From Hemiscyllium ocellatum (lineage: Eukaryota): a DNA stretch of 64,000 nucleotides. Position numbers and translations under genes: made by a program. The notes under the pieces are model-generated. The model saw nothing but the letters and a program-made list of their open reading frames with translations. It did no database searches and was not told the DNA's origin. Shown in pieces: positions 21,940 through 35,454 of this stretch (positions are counted from its first letter, which is position 1; each line of letters starts with the position of its first letter). The stretch is taken from contig NC_083401.1 in the NCBI RefSeq assembly GCF_020745735.1, positions 84,441,740 through 84,505,739 of the forward strand. Reading direction: 5' to 3'.

Positions 21940-24900
21940 TGGAAACAGGAGCAAGCCATTTAGTTCCTTAATTGTATAAACTACTCCAGGTACAGTTGTC
22001 ACAAGACGTTGCTACTTTTATATTCTGATCTTTTTGCAGGAATGGAAACTCTGCACTTTCTAATTTCTTGTCATACTTGCATGCTAACGATTTGATATTC
22101 ACGTGCAAGGACAGACATGCATTTTTGTTCTCGAATTGGGTAACGTCACATTTTCTGACATTATATTCCATCTGCCTCTGGTTACTTCACCTATCTAGCT
22201 CCCTTTTTGGACTCTTTGCATCTTCCTCACCATATTGTTATCTTACCTATTTTTGTATCATCAGCAAAATTGGCTACAGTGCAGTTGATCCCTTCTTCCA
22301 AATAATGAACATAGAGTGTAAATAGATGCAACCCTAGCACTGATCCTTGTGGCAGTTCACTCAGCTTGCTAAGCTGGAAATTACTTTACTTTATGACCTG
22401 TTAGTTAACCAAACCCCTCTCCATGCTAATGTAATTCCAATAATGCCATGAACCTTGATCTTGTGCAGTAAATCTTTGTGATATTTTTAGATTACTTAGT
22501 GTGGAGACCGGCCCTTCAGCCCAACATGTCCACATCGACCTTCCGAAGAGCAAGCCACCCAGACCCACTCCCCACATCTACCCCTTCACCTAACACTACA
22601 GGTAATTTAGCATAGCCAATTCACCTAACCTGCACATTTTTGGACTGTGGGAGGAAACTGGAGCACTCAGAGGAAACCCACGCAAACACTGGGAGAATGT
22701 GCAAACTCCACAAACACAGTTGCCTGAGGCAGGAATTGAACCTGGGTCTCTGGCACTGTGAGACAGCTGTGCTAACTACTATGCCACCGTGCTGCCCACA
22801 TGCCCATCTTATCAAATGCCTTTTATGGAAATACAAATGCATGACATCTATTACATCCCCTTTATCCAACCTACTTGTTAAGTTATCAAAGAACTCTAAT
22901 AAATTTAAGAAATGGTATTTCCCTTCCATAAAACTGATTATAATCTGATTTACTAAATATTTGACTGCTCCCTCACTAATCTGTGTATCTTCACAATGCA
23001 AGGTGTTGGGCTAATTGGCTTATATTTTACTGCTTTCTGTCCACTTTTTTTTGAATAGAAGTGATATTTCTGCAGTTTTCTAATCTACTGGGATCTTTGC
23101 AGAATTTAGAGAATTTTTGGAGATTATAATCAATGCATCCATTATGACTTCAGTCACTTCAAGACCCTCAGGTTCAAGAGACTAGTAACATTTCTGTCCC
23201 TTTGGTGTTGTTAATACTTTTTCTCTAGTTATTGTTTCAAGTAGCCACCCCTCTCTTTGCTTCTTTTCTATTGACCATGATTAAAAATGTTTCCTACTGT
23301 GAAGACAGGGACAAAATATTCAAAGTTTCAGTTGTTTCCTTATTTCCCATTATTAATCACCAATCTCATTCTTCAAAGGAACAACTTTCACTTTAGCTAC
23401 TTATTTCTTTTAATAAAAACTGTATTTGTGTTAATATTAATTGTATTCTATATCCATAGAAACATTTACTATCTGATCTCAATTTCCTTGCTACTTGCCC
23501 CTCATTTTTTAAGCCAGTCTTTATTGATTTCTAAAATTTCATCAATGTTCTGACCTACAACTATTCTTTGCAGTATTGCATATTTTTCCACCTTTAATGC
23601 CTTTAAGTTTGAGATACCAATAATGGATCACATTCCTCATTCTCCAGTTGAATGTGAAATTCTATCATGCAATCACTCTTACCTAGAACGTCCTTTACAA
23701 TATGGTCATAAATAAATCTTCTCTGTTTTGTCCCTTCCTAACGAACTCTGCACTCTGGTTATCACTATCCTATTGTCCTTATCCTGTTGTATTATCCTAT
23801 CCTATTGACACTATCACATTGTCCTTTCTCTTTTACAAATATTCAAATCTCCACTTGCTTGAAACTGTTTAATTTAAAACTCTTTTAATAGGCAAATATT
23901 GAGAATTTATTCGGATGAAGGAATGACTGCTTAATGGACAGGAAGCAGAAAGTGGACATCATTGGGACATGTTCACATTGGTGGGTTATGAGTTATGGGC
24001 TGTTGCAAGGATTAGTGCTGGTCCTCTGCTATTTAAATAATATTGTTGACATAACACCTCTGATTTCCAGTGGCATACAGGATTATGAGGATGGGGTAAA
24101 AAAAAATACTGAAGTGTTTGATCATTCATAGCCTAAATGGTTTACCCAATGCCTATGTTCCTGTGCTAAGTTTGCTGATGATGCTAGGTGGAAATGTAAG
24201 TCCTTGTTTTCAACACCACTAAGTAAATGGACAACAAAATGGCAGAATGGTTATAGTGCCAGGAAACACAAGATTATTCAATTCAGTCTGAAGAATGGAA
24301 AATCAGAATTTTTTTTAATAATGTGAAACTTGGAAATTTTGTTCGCATAAACTTTGTGTTTAAATCTGCAGCATTGCATGCAGGTGTAGCTAACAATTAG
24401 TGCAAATAACATGTTAGCCTTGACTGCAAAAGGATTAGAGTACAAAAATTAGGAAATATTGCTATAATTATTTTGAGACCACACCTGGAATAGTGTTTTC
24501 AATTTTACTCTCCATTTTTGAGGAAGGAGAGAACTGCATTGGAGGCAGTACACCAAAAAAATTGTTCTTGGGATTAGAGGCTGAGTAAATTGGACATACA
24601 AGTGTGCAAGTTAGGTTGATAAGTTCATGACTGTGATTGTGGCTCAATTTTCCTGTCCACCTGTTACTTTTTTTTGTACCTTTGTAGTAAACATCTGTCT
24701 ATGACCTTGCCATCATCACTTTCTGGGGGTGAGAATTTCACAAAGCAATGACCTTCTGAGACAACATTTTCTTCTCTCTGTCTGAAAGAGAAACTCTTAT
24801 TTTTAAACTGTGTCCTAATTCTAGTCGACTATATTCAGCCTGTTAAGTCCTGTCAGAAGCTTTATATTTCAATTAAATCCTCTTTCTTTCTTCTAAACAT

Positions 24901-26850
24901 CAGTGGATACAGGCCCAAAACTATTCAGCCTTCCTCGTAAGCCTAATTTCTTCTTCGCAGAGTGAAACTTCTCTGAACTACCTCTGATTATTATATCCTT
25001 CCTCAAGTAAGGAAACCAAAACAATATACAGGATTCCTGACGTACATAATCTCACTAAGTCTGACTATAATTGGAGAAAAACTCCCTGACTTAAAGCTCA
25101 ATCCCTTTGCACTAATTAGCAACATGCCTATTTGATGCCCAATCACTCATTGTATTTGCCTGCTAACATTTTGTGATTCATGTACCAGGAGGCCCAGATC
25201 CCCTTCTACTGGAGAATTTTATGATATCTTTATATTTAAAGAACATACTGTATTTCTATTCTTCAAGCCAAAGTCAGCAAGTTTGCATTTTCCCACCAAA
25301 TACTCGACCTGCCATTTTTTTTTGTGCCCATTCACTTAACCTATTTAACTTCCTTTTTAAATCTATGACCTCAACTTACTTTCCAACCTGTATCATTACA
25401 AAATTTGCCAACTGTACGTTTGGTCTCTCGTTCCAAGTTATAAATATAGTTTGTAAAATAGTTGAGGTTGCAGCCCTGATGTCTGTGCCACTACAGCAGT
25501 TATATCTTGCAAATCTGACAATGACCTATTTCTCCTTACTTATTGCTTGTTAGCTAACCAATCCACTACTCATGGTTATACTATACTCCTCACACCATGA
25601 ATTCTTGTGTGTAGTAACCCTCAATGTGATGCCTGATTAGATGCTTTTTGGAAGTCACAAGTATGTCACATCCACAAATTCCCCTTCATCCATGTTGCTT
25701 GTTACTTCTTCAAAGAACTGTAACACAATGGTTAGGAATGAAAGATGATGTTATAAAAACGTTCAAGATTCTGAAGGGATTAGGTGAGAGGTTTTGTCTG
25801 ACTCAGGAGTCTGGAGCAGTCTTAGATTAAGAAGTTAATTGTTTATCCCTGAAATGAGAAACTTCTACTTCAAAATGATACTTTAGAAGATTGTGGATGC
25901 TCAATTGTTAAACATCTTTAAAGCTGGGATAAGCAAATCTTTGTTTCTCAAGGCTTCAAGGGACATGGAAGCAGGTGGGAAAAATTTAAATGGACGATCA
26001 GTCAAGATGGTTATGAATTGTGGTATAGACTCAAGTTGGATTGACTATTTCCTACCTCTTGTATTTGTGGTTTTCCAGGATGCTTATCCCAGTGTTATTC
26101 AGGTAAAGGCCATTTCAGTTATACAATTCCCTCTTTCCCAGTAGACAATCACATTCATTCTAAATAAGTGAAATTTCATTGCCTGCTTTTGGAGTAATGA
26201 CTGTCTGTGATTGCTGCCATTTCTCCTCCAAAACGTTTGGCAGCTTCTAGAGTCTACCCATGCATAGTAAATTCAGGAATCTCCATCGGACTGTTACAAA
26301 AGTTTCCGAATTTTGTCTCCAGTCAGCAATCAAATTTTACTGAATGAAGCAAAAAATGCTCTTTTGAGCACATTTTATTAAAAGCTTCAAACTTAGTGCA
26401 ATGTTAAGTGCATGTAATAAGTTTATATTAGGAAATGAGGAACAGGAGCCAGCCATTCCAGTTGGCTCCACCATTTTTAGAACCTTTTGTTATCTTTATT
26501 ATCTGGAAATCTATCAGTTTCTATCTTGAACAGATTCTAAATGATCCTCCATAGCCCTCTGGGTAGAGAATTCCATGGTTCACAATCCTGTGAACAAATT
26601 TCTCATCTCAGTCCTCAATTAAAATTATTTAGAAACTCTGTCCCCTGGATCTCGACCACCCCCAAATTAGGGGATGCATGTTTTCTGCATCTACTCTGTC
26701 TAGTCCTTTAAGAATTTTCAAAGTTTCAAATAGACGACATCACATTCTTCTAAACTCTCTATAAAATATAGACCTAGTCTATTTAATCTCTCCTCATTTC
26801 ATATCCTCTTTTCCCAGTTATGATTCTCGATAAAGCTTCATTGGCCTCCA
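21940..26850. mobile_element. Cluster of highly decayed CR1-clade LINE fragments on both strands
   Basis: Scattered RT motifs (LLEFF, KFADD, W..GL.QGLVL) broken by many stops. Confidence 0.65.
22487..22797 (-). mobile_element. V-SINE (HE1-like)
   Basis: Homologous to 1285-1600. Confidence 0.9.
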
Positions 26851-28835
26851 ATATATGTGTATGACAGCCAAATCATGACATACTGTGTTTCAAAACTTAC
26901 TTTATTCAAAGATGAGAAAAATAATGCTGATCACACTATCTTAAAATGAATTGAATTGTGAAGCTTTGGTCTCATTTGTTCTATAAGATAATGGTTCTGA
27001 AGGGGTTAGTTATCATGTTACATTGGCTCCACCTAATCTACTGATGTCAGACAGTCTATGACTGGAGATGAATGATCTATTCACATTTTTGGAGGTATTG
27101 TGTACCAGTTCCCGAGCACCCTACAGGCTATAGCTGACTAACTGATGTACGTATACAATTCTGCAATAAATTGAAATTTTGCTAAAGGAGTGTTTCTTCT
27201 GTAGATAATCTACGATGCTGTAGCCTCCACCACGATTTGCTGGACAGGCTCAATACAAGGAAGGATTGTAGTGTTAATGAACTACTTCAAGTAACCCTTA
27301 CTTCAACCAATTTCTGAACCTGAGTGGCAAATTACACCAGGAATAATCATTTAGCAAAGTACCAGATCAGCTCCACTGTGCCTCCATGAGCTCAGTTGAC
27401 ACTTTTGACTAGAATCCTCACTTGGTGTCCAGAAAGTTTACAACAATCCCCAGAGTTATTACTATTCTGAATCTGATATCATATGCTGCATTGCCATGCC
27501 TGAGTACTTTCCCAAGCATTTCTCTCTGCTTGGTGTTCACAAACAAATCCAGGTAAGGCTACGAAACAACCTGTTCCTAAGCTAGCCAAGGTCATTGCAG
27601 TTACCTTCCAGCCAAAACAAGCTTTTTAAGCTAAGCCTGTTTTTCACATTTTTTTTCAATTGCTTTTTCCATGTCCAGTTAATCCTTAATAACCTAGTTT
27701 GCAAGTATAACTTTTGAGCTAAGTGTAGGTGTATAATAACCTCTCTGAACAGGTAGTCTAGAAAATAGGAAAAAAAGAACCAACTGTCTTGTGGGATTGG
27801 ATGCATGTAGATCAGTTTGTGAAAAGACATATTTTCTACTCTAAAATACATTAATAATCTAGCTGGATTTTGCTATCAGCTTTCAAAATTTTCCCTTTTT
27901 TAATTTTTAAGTTGGGTTCAGATTGCTGGGTGCATTTTAAGCTGTATTGTCTTGAGTTTAATTTATGCTTCTGGTCTATTAGTTCAGTAGCACAATTGCT
28001 ATCGTGTACCCATGTGGAATGTGCCAGTAGCTCAAATCAACAAAATCACAGGGCTTAATTCCCAAAACATTAGTTAAAACTCCTGGGGTCTTGTGTAATT
28101 TAAAAAAAAACAATTATCATTGGAAACCACTGTGCTTGCTTTAATTTCAGAGATGTGTTCTGCCCTGATAGAAATGAGATGTGAATTTAGAATCCTGTCT
28201 TATCTTTGTGCGATTATTAGAATTCAGGAACAGTAAACAATAATCACTGGGAAGAAAATCATTTCACTATCTACCACATTTTCTCTGTGCTACAAAAGCG
28301 AATACCAGCAAGATGACCAACTGCTATATCTGAAGCATAGTGACCTGTTGCCAGTGTCATGAAAGATCACAAACCATTTGAGTGAATTCCCAATGGTAGC
28401 AATTTGTAGTCGAACCTTTGCAGGGACACCGCAATAATTAAACACTAGTGTGAATTTGTCATTTCTGATAAAGATGTTTGAACTTTCTGAAAAATTCAAT
28501 TTTATAAACAAACATTAATTACTTCTAAAAGTTTTGTATTACTAAGTTTTGTTGGATAAAACTTTGAGATCTGGCAAAAAGCTGGTAATTGGAGTTGAAC
28601 TACTGAATATTCAAAAATTGTTTAAATGGTAGAACAGATTTAAGGCCTGAATGATCTGCTGTTGTTCTAATGTTCAATAATACTCTACCTTTTAATATTT
28701 TAACAGTAGTTAATGCCTGGTTAAATAGCCTAATGGTATAAAATTTGTGTCAACTGCAATTTGATTTTGACAAACTTTTTTTAAGCTGGTCGATGTGACT
28801 TTTTGCTATATTTCTTTGTTTATTTTATGTTATAG

Positions 28836-28904
28836 TGATGAGATTAACCAAACCGACGTTATTTACCAACTTGCCAGTGACCTGTGAAGACAGAGATCTA
28901 CCTG
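28836..28904 (+). CDS. TRAPPC13: TRAPPC13 exon 2
   Basis: tatag| (V)[22 protein letters not shown](G) |gtgagt; 69 nt, phase 1-1. Confidence 0.97.
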
Positions 28905-30589
28905 GTGAGTCTGGATAGTCATTCAGTATTAGAAAACAGTCCGCTATCGTTTTTAGCTAATCAAGATTATCAACGTATAACACTTTGTGACGCAGCCTGA
29001 TTTTAATCTGAGTGTTAACTTTTTTTTTGCTTTTCAGAGGCAACCTTTTGGTAATCTGAGAATTTTTAAACATTCATTGTTATTTTATATGCAAGTTTTC
29101 TGTGTACTTAAGAGTTCTGTTTCCTCCTTTCAGTCCTTTCAATGACAGTTTAATACAAATATGACAGACATGGTTCACTTCATGTGAAGACTATTATGTT
29201 TGTTTTAGAAAAATCCCATTTTGGTATATAAAATATCACCTTGCAAAGGCACATCACTTAGAAAGCATCCTGCAAAAATAAAGTGGTGTTCACAATGCCA
29301 TTTTATGGTGTGTTTTGGAATCATGCAATGTGATGTCAAAACAGACAGGACATAAATCTACTTGTCCTTTCTTTTCTTTTAGGCTGACTTTTTGTCTTTT
29401 GTGTGCAGACATTCTGGACATACTGCACTCAACCCCTACCAACCAGTCACAGGTTTTCCACTGAATGTTAATCCAGAGCTGCAATCTCTATGTGCTAGAA
29501 CAGTTTGGAATGGGATCTGAACAAAGGCAAGAATGCCTCTGTGAAGCCACAAGTTCATTTTGCCTAACCAGCTTTGTGACAGGATTATACAGTCCATTCA
29601 GTCACAATATTCGTCAATACATTTCTAGGAATGCTAAAATTCATTTCTGACAATATTTGCAGTTCTCAAAGTGTGGTAAACTTGCTTGTTACACCATCTG
29701 TGACTGCAGAATGAAATTCATATGTTAATTTTAACCTCTCAGCGATTCTACATTCTGTTTCAGCACACCTTGACAATTTACCTCATCTTTGTGTCTGTAC
29801 AATTCAGATTGATTTGAATCCCAAGCCCCTTTTCATTAATTGACTCCAAAATAACCTAGACCTAAAATTTCCCCTTGTAGCTTGGAAATAGACACTCCGA
29901 ATGCTACTGTTCCATTCCTTTACTACTTCTATCAGTTGACTTGCTCAGTTTATGTAATGACCACGCAACTATCTGACCTGTTAATTGTTTTTTGATATTT
30001 GTCTGTTTTTACAACTATGTTCTTTCTAAAGCCCACTTTTCTGTACCGTACCCTCAACCTTCAATAGTTGTGTAATAAAGGTTTTTCTCACAACACATTT
30101 CCTGCTTAAAATCTCCTCTTAGCTACCATGTCTCTAAGAAGAACAGTCCCAACTTCTCTGGTGTATCCTCATAGCTGAAGTTTCTCATTCCTGGAATTAT
30201 TCTTGTAAATCTTTCTGCATTTCTCGAATGCATTCACATCCATCCTATAGCGTGGTGTCCAGAATTATATGCAAAACACTGAGGCCAAGTAAGGGTCTTT
30301 CTATGTTCAGCATAAAATCCTTGCTCTGGGGCTCTTACCATTACTAATGAATTCCAGGATGTTTTCTGCTTTCATAATGAGTCCTTATCAATCACCATAA
30401 CCAGGGTTGTGGTTCGGGCTTTAAAGTAAATAGTTGGGGTGGGAGGTAGAGGTTGGGTTCAATTGTATGGAAATTATGGGGAAAAGTTGAGTAGGGAGAG
30501 GGCTCAGAAGTGGTTAGTTTCCAGAACAACTATGAGATGAAATATGAGAGTACATGACTCATAGAATAAAAAAAATTCGAGTTTTTTTT

Positions 30590-30787
30590 TAGATATCTAC
30601 AAGACAAGAGTGGATGGAAGGCCATTGGAAAATGGCCGAGATAGGTTCTTGATTAGCAAGGGGATCAATGGTTATGGGGAAAAGGAGTAGAATGGGGTTA
30701 AGAAACATTTCAGTCATGATTGAATGGCAGAGCAGACTCAAAATGTCAATTCTGCTCCTATATCTTATGGTCTTGTGATCTTATGAC
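30590..30787 (+). mobile_element. LINE 3' end abutting the TRAPPC13 exon 3 acceptor
   Basis: ggttatggggaaaagg...gaatggcagagcagactc...ctgctcctatatcttatggtcttgtgatcttatga tail. Confidence 0.65.
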
Positions 30788-30808
30788 AAATTACGGTTTT
30801 TGCCTTAG

Positions 30809-30908
30809 GAGATCTTTTCAGTCAACTTATGAAGGATGATCCCTCTACAGTTAAAGGAGCAGAGAACTTTATGTTGGGAGAAATGCTGACTCTCCCTCAG
30901 AACTTTGG
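30809..30908 (+). CDS. TRAPPC13: TRAPPC13 exon 3
   Basis: ccttag| [34 protein letters not shown] |gtaaga; 100 nt. Confidence 0.97.
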
Positions 30909-31019
30909 GTAAGAATTTTCAATCATTCAGGCATACGTTTTCTTTCATTTTTGCTTTTCTGTCTCCACTTTCCTACCTCACCATGTACCAAACACACTAG
31001 CAGTAAAGAACCCAAACAA

Positions 31020-34000
31020 GCAATTAGGAGGCCTAAAAGAGGTCATTAAATGTCTTTGGCCAACAGAATTAAGAAAAAATCCCAAGGCTGTTTATATACA
31101 CAAAGGGAGTAATAGGTAGCCAGGGAAAGAGTGGGTCCACTCGAGGACAAAAGAGGAAATTTACACATGGAGCCGAAAGAAGTGAGTGAGGTCACTATTG
31201 AGTGTTTTGCATCAGTATTTACAAAGGAGAAGGAGATGGTGAGTCTTAGAAAGGCAATGTTGATATCCTAGGGCATGTCAATATGAAAAAAGGAGGTGAT
31301 GTCGGGTGTTTTGAAAAGCGTTGAAGTAGACACATCCCCAGGGCATGATGAGGGAGGCATTGAGGATATTACAAGGGCCTGATTTGAAATCTTTGTATCC
31401 TCTTTAGTCACAGGAGAGGTCCCAGAGGACTGCAGAAATATACACCTTTGTTTAGGAAGGGCAACAGGGATAATCTGGGAAATTACAGACTGGCAAGCCT
31501 TGCATCTGTAGTAGGGAAATCATTGGAGAAGATTCTTAGGGATAGGACTTTTCTTCCACTCGTGGGATGTGGGCATCGCTGGTTGACCAGCATTAATTGC
31601 CCATCCTGAGTTGCCCTTGAGAAGGTAATGAGCTGCTCTCTTGAACTGCTGCAGTCCACATGTTATAGGTTGGGGAGGGAATTACAGAACCTGTGACAGT
31701 GAAAAAATGTTGATTATATTTCCAAGTTAGGATAGTGAGCAGCTTGGCAGGGAAATTGTAGGTGGTGATGTTCTCATGCATCTGCTGCCCTTGTCCTTCT
31801 CAATTGAAGTGGTCATGGGTTTGGAAGGCACTGTGGAAGGATCTTTGAATTTATGCAGTGTAACTTGTCGATAGTATACACTGCTGCTGCTGAACATCGG
31901 TGGAGAACGGAGTGGATATTTGTGGATGTGCCACTCAGGCGGACTGCTTTGTCCTGGTTGCTGTCAAGCTTCTTCAGTGTTGTTGGAGCTGCACTCCTGC
32001 AATCAATGGGGAGTATTCCACCACGGCCCTCCTTTGATCTTGCCTTGGTAAGGCTTTGGGGAGTCAGGAGCTGAGTTACTTGCTGCTTCATTCCTAGCTT
32101 ATTAGCCATTGTGTTTCTGTGATGAGTCCAGTTGAGTGTCTGGGCAATGGGAATCCCAAGGATGTTGATAATTAGGGATTTAATGAAGGTAACACTCTGA
32201 ATGTCAAGGGGTGGTTGTTAGATTGTCTCTTAATGGAGATGGTCATTGCGTGGTATTTGTGTGGCGCGACTGTCACTGCCACTTGTCAGGGTGAGCCTGG
32301 ATAATGTCCAGATCTTATTGCATTTAAACATGAACATCTTCAGTATCTGAGGAGTTGTGAATACTACAAAACCCAATGCAATGAATTTACTCACATTTTG
32401 AAAAATATAGACTCCTTAGCAATAGTCTGCATAGCATTTTGGGAGCAGGTATTGTCTCATGAATTTGATTGAGTTTTTTGAAGAAGTGATTGGTTGTCAA
32501 TGTTCCACATTGGCAAGCTTATTCAAAAGGTGAAGTGACATGGCTCTGAGGAGAGCTGTTAAGTTGAATACAGAACAGGCTTAGTCATAGAAGCTTGAGA
32601 GTAGCAATGGAAGGATGTTTTTCAGACTGAAGATCTATGACCAAAGGTCTTCTGCACAGATTAGTGCTCCAACCCTTGTTATTTGTAATATATATGTAGA
32701 TCATTTGGAGGATAATATAAGTGGCCAGATTAGTAAGCTTGTGGACAACACAAAGATTGGGGGAGCTACAGGTAGTGTGAAAGATTGCCAGAGGATATAG
32801 TAGGATATAGATGGGCTGGAAACTTATGCGGAGAAATGGCAGATGAAGTTTAATCTGGATGAATGTGAGGTAGCATCAACTTATAGAGGAATCTAAGTGT
32901 ACAGTTCACAGTTCCTTGAAAGTAGCAACACAATTGGATAAAGTGGTCAAGAAGGCATGTGACATGTTTGCCTTTGGTCCGGCAAAGAGTATAAACATTG
33001 GCAAATTGTGTTGCAGTTGTATTGAACTTTAGACTACATTTAGAATATTATATACGTTTCTGGTCACCATACTACCAGAAGGATATGGAAACTTTGGAGG
33101 GAATACGGAAATAGTTTACCAGGATGTTGCATGGTTCGGAGGATATTAGCTATGAGAGGAGATTGGACAAACTTGGTTAGTTTTCACTTAGAGTCATAGA
33201 GATGTACAGCATGGAAACAGACTCTTTGTTCCAACTTGTCCATCCCGACCAGATATCCCAACCCAATCTAGTCCTACCTGCCAGCACCTAGCCCATATCC
33301 CTCCAAACCCTTCCTATTCATATACCCATCCAGATACCTTTTAAATGTTATGATTGAACTAGCCATCACCACTTCCTCTGACAGCTCATTCCATATACGT
33401 ACCACCCTCTGCATGAACAAGGTTGCCCCTTAGGTCTTTTTTATATCTTTTCCCCTCTCATCTTAAACCTATGCCCTCTAGTTTTGGAGTTCCCCACCTC
33501 CGGGAAAATACTTTGTCTATTTATCCTATCCATGCCTCTCATGATTTTAGAGATCTCTATAAGGTCAGCCCTCAGCCTCTGACACGCCAGGGAAAATAGC
33601 CCTAGCATATTCAACGTCTCCCTATAGCTCAAATCCTCCAAACCCAGCAACAACCTTGTAAATCTTTTCTGAATCCTTTCAAGTTTCACAACATCTTTTC
33701 GATAGGAAGGAGACTAGAATTGCACGCAATATTCCAACAGTAGCCTAACCAATGTCCTGTATAGCCGCAACATTACTTCTCAACTCCTGTACTCAATACC
33801 CAGAGCAATAAAGGAAAGCATACCAAATGCCTTCTTCACTATCCTATCTCGCTGTGACTCCACTTTCTAGGAGCTATGAACCTGCACTCCACAGTCTCTT
33901 TGTTCAGCAACACTCTCTAGGACCTTACCATTAAGTGTATAAGTCCTGCTAAGATTTGCTTTCCCAAAAGGCAGCACATCACATTTATCTAAATTAAACT

Positions 34001-34590
34001 CTGTCTGCCACTTCTCAGCCCATTGGCCCATCTAATCAAGATCCCATTGTAATCTGAGGTAACCTTCTTTGCTGTCCACTACCCTTCCAATTTTGGTGTT
34101 ATTTGCAAACTTATACTTCTCATGCTCACATCCAAATCATTTATATAAATGATGAAAAGTAGTGGACCCAGCACTGATCCTTGTGGCACTCCACTGGTCA
34201 CAGGCCTCCAGTCTGAAAAGCAACCCTCCACCACCACCCTCTGTCTTCTACCTTTCAGTCAGTTCTGTATCCAAATGGCTAGTTCTCCCTGTATTCCATG
34301 AGATCTAACCTTGCTAATTAGTCTCCCATGGGGAATGTTGTCGAATGCCTTACTGAAGTCCGTATAGATCACATCTACTGCCCGACCCTCATCAATCCTC
34401 TTTGTTACTTCTTCAAAAAACTCAATCACCTTGAGTTTTTATTGAAGGATATAGAGTGAACTGGCAGGGAACAGAAGGTTCTGGGCAACATATGAGGCAA
34501 AAGGTTTTTCATTTAGAAGGGCATCATACGTTGGTGCAGTTTTAGTGGGCCGAAGGGGCTGCTCCTGTACAGTACAGTTCTTTGTTCTTC
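31020..34590. mobile_element. Nested LINE stack: old plus-strand CR1 interrupted by a minus-strand LINE of another family (about 31550-32365) and a young minus-strand CR1
   Basis: Host RT reading resumes colinearly after each insert (..ILRDR | ..LIEFFEEV..KLVDNTKIGG | 3' tail to about 34590). Confidence 0.75.
33189..34428 (-). mobile_element. Young CR1 (HER1-like) LINE, 5'-truncated
   Basis: Closely similar to the reverse complement of about 6550-7798. Confidence 0.93.
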
Positions 34591-35454
34591 AAACAAAAAA
34601 GGGTCAAGGAAAGAGGACAATATCAGGAAGTCATCTTTATGGGAATGGTGGAAACAGAATTATGAAGGACTATGCAATACATCTTTCAGAAGAATCACTA
34701 GTCCTTCAACCTTCGTATGTTTTGAGCATTGTTTTCTTTTTGACACCCGATCAAGAGGTCTATTCAATTATTAGAGTCATTCAGCATGGAAACAGAGCCT
34801 TCAGTCCATGCTTACCAAGTTTCCCAAACTAAATTAGTCCAACTTGCCTGCATTTGGTCCAAATCCTTCTAAACCTATTCATGTACCTATCCAATTCTTT
34901 TAAATGTTATAACTGTACCTGTATCTACCACTTTTTCTGTCAGTTCATTCTACGTATGAGCTGCCTTTTGTGTGAAAAATTGCCCCTCAAGTCCCCTTTT
35001 AAATCTTCCTCTTCTCACCTTAAACCTATGCCATCTTGTTTTGAACTCCCCCACGCTTGGTGTGAACTATCAGCCCTAATTGTGACTTTAATCAACTTGA
35101 TGAGGTGCACCTTTTTAAATTTCATTTTCTGGTCTTCCATCTTTGACATCCCCAGCCCCCAGTCTTCCTTTCAAAGTTGAGAAGCCTATTTCATTTTGTT
35201 CCAGAGTATGTTGTTTGATACAAGTATTCAATCTTGTGGCTTGGTGTTGATGACATGTACAAATTAATATCTCTCCTGTTGCTTGTTTACGAGAATAACA
35301 TGAATTCTGAATTATGGATGTTACTATGATTTCGGAGTATATTTTAAGAAAAATGGTCAGAAGAGCTGGATGTGATGTTTTTGGGGGAGAAAAAAGAATA
35401 TTTTTAAGTACTTGGAGTGGTGCCAGAGCATTGGAGAATTGCAAAAATTTTGCT

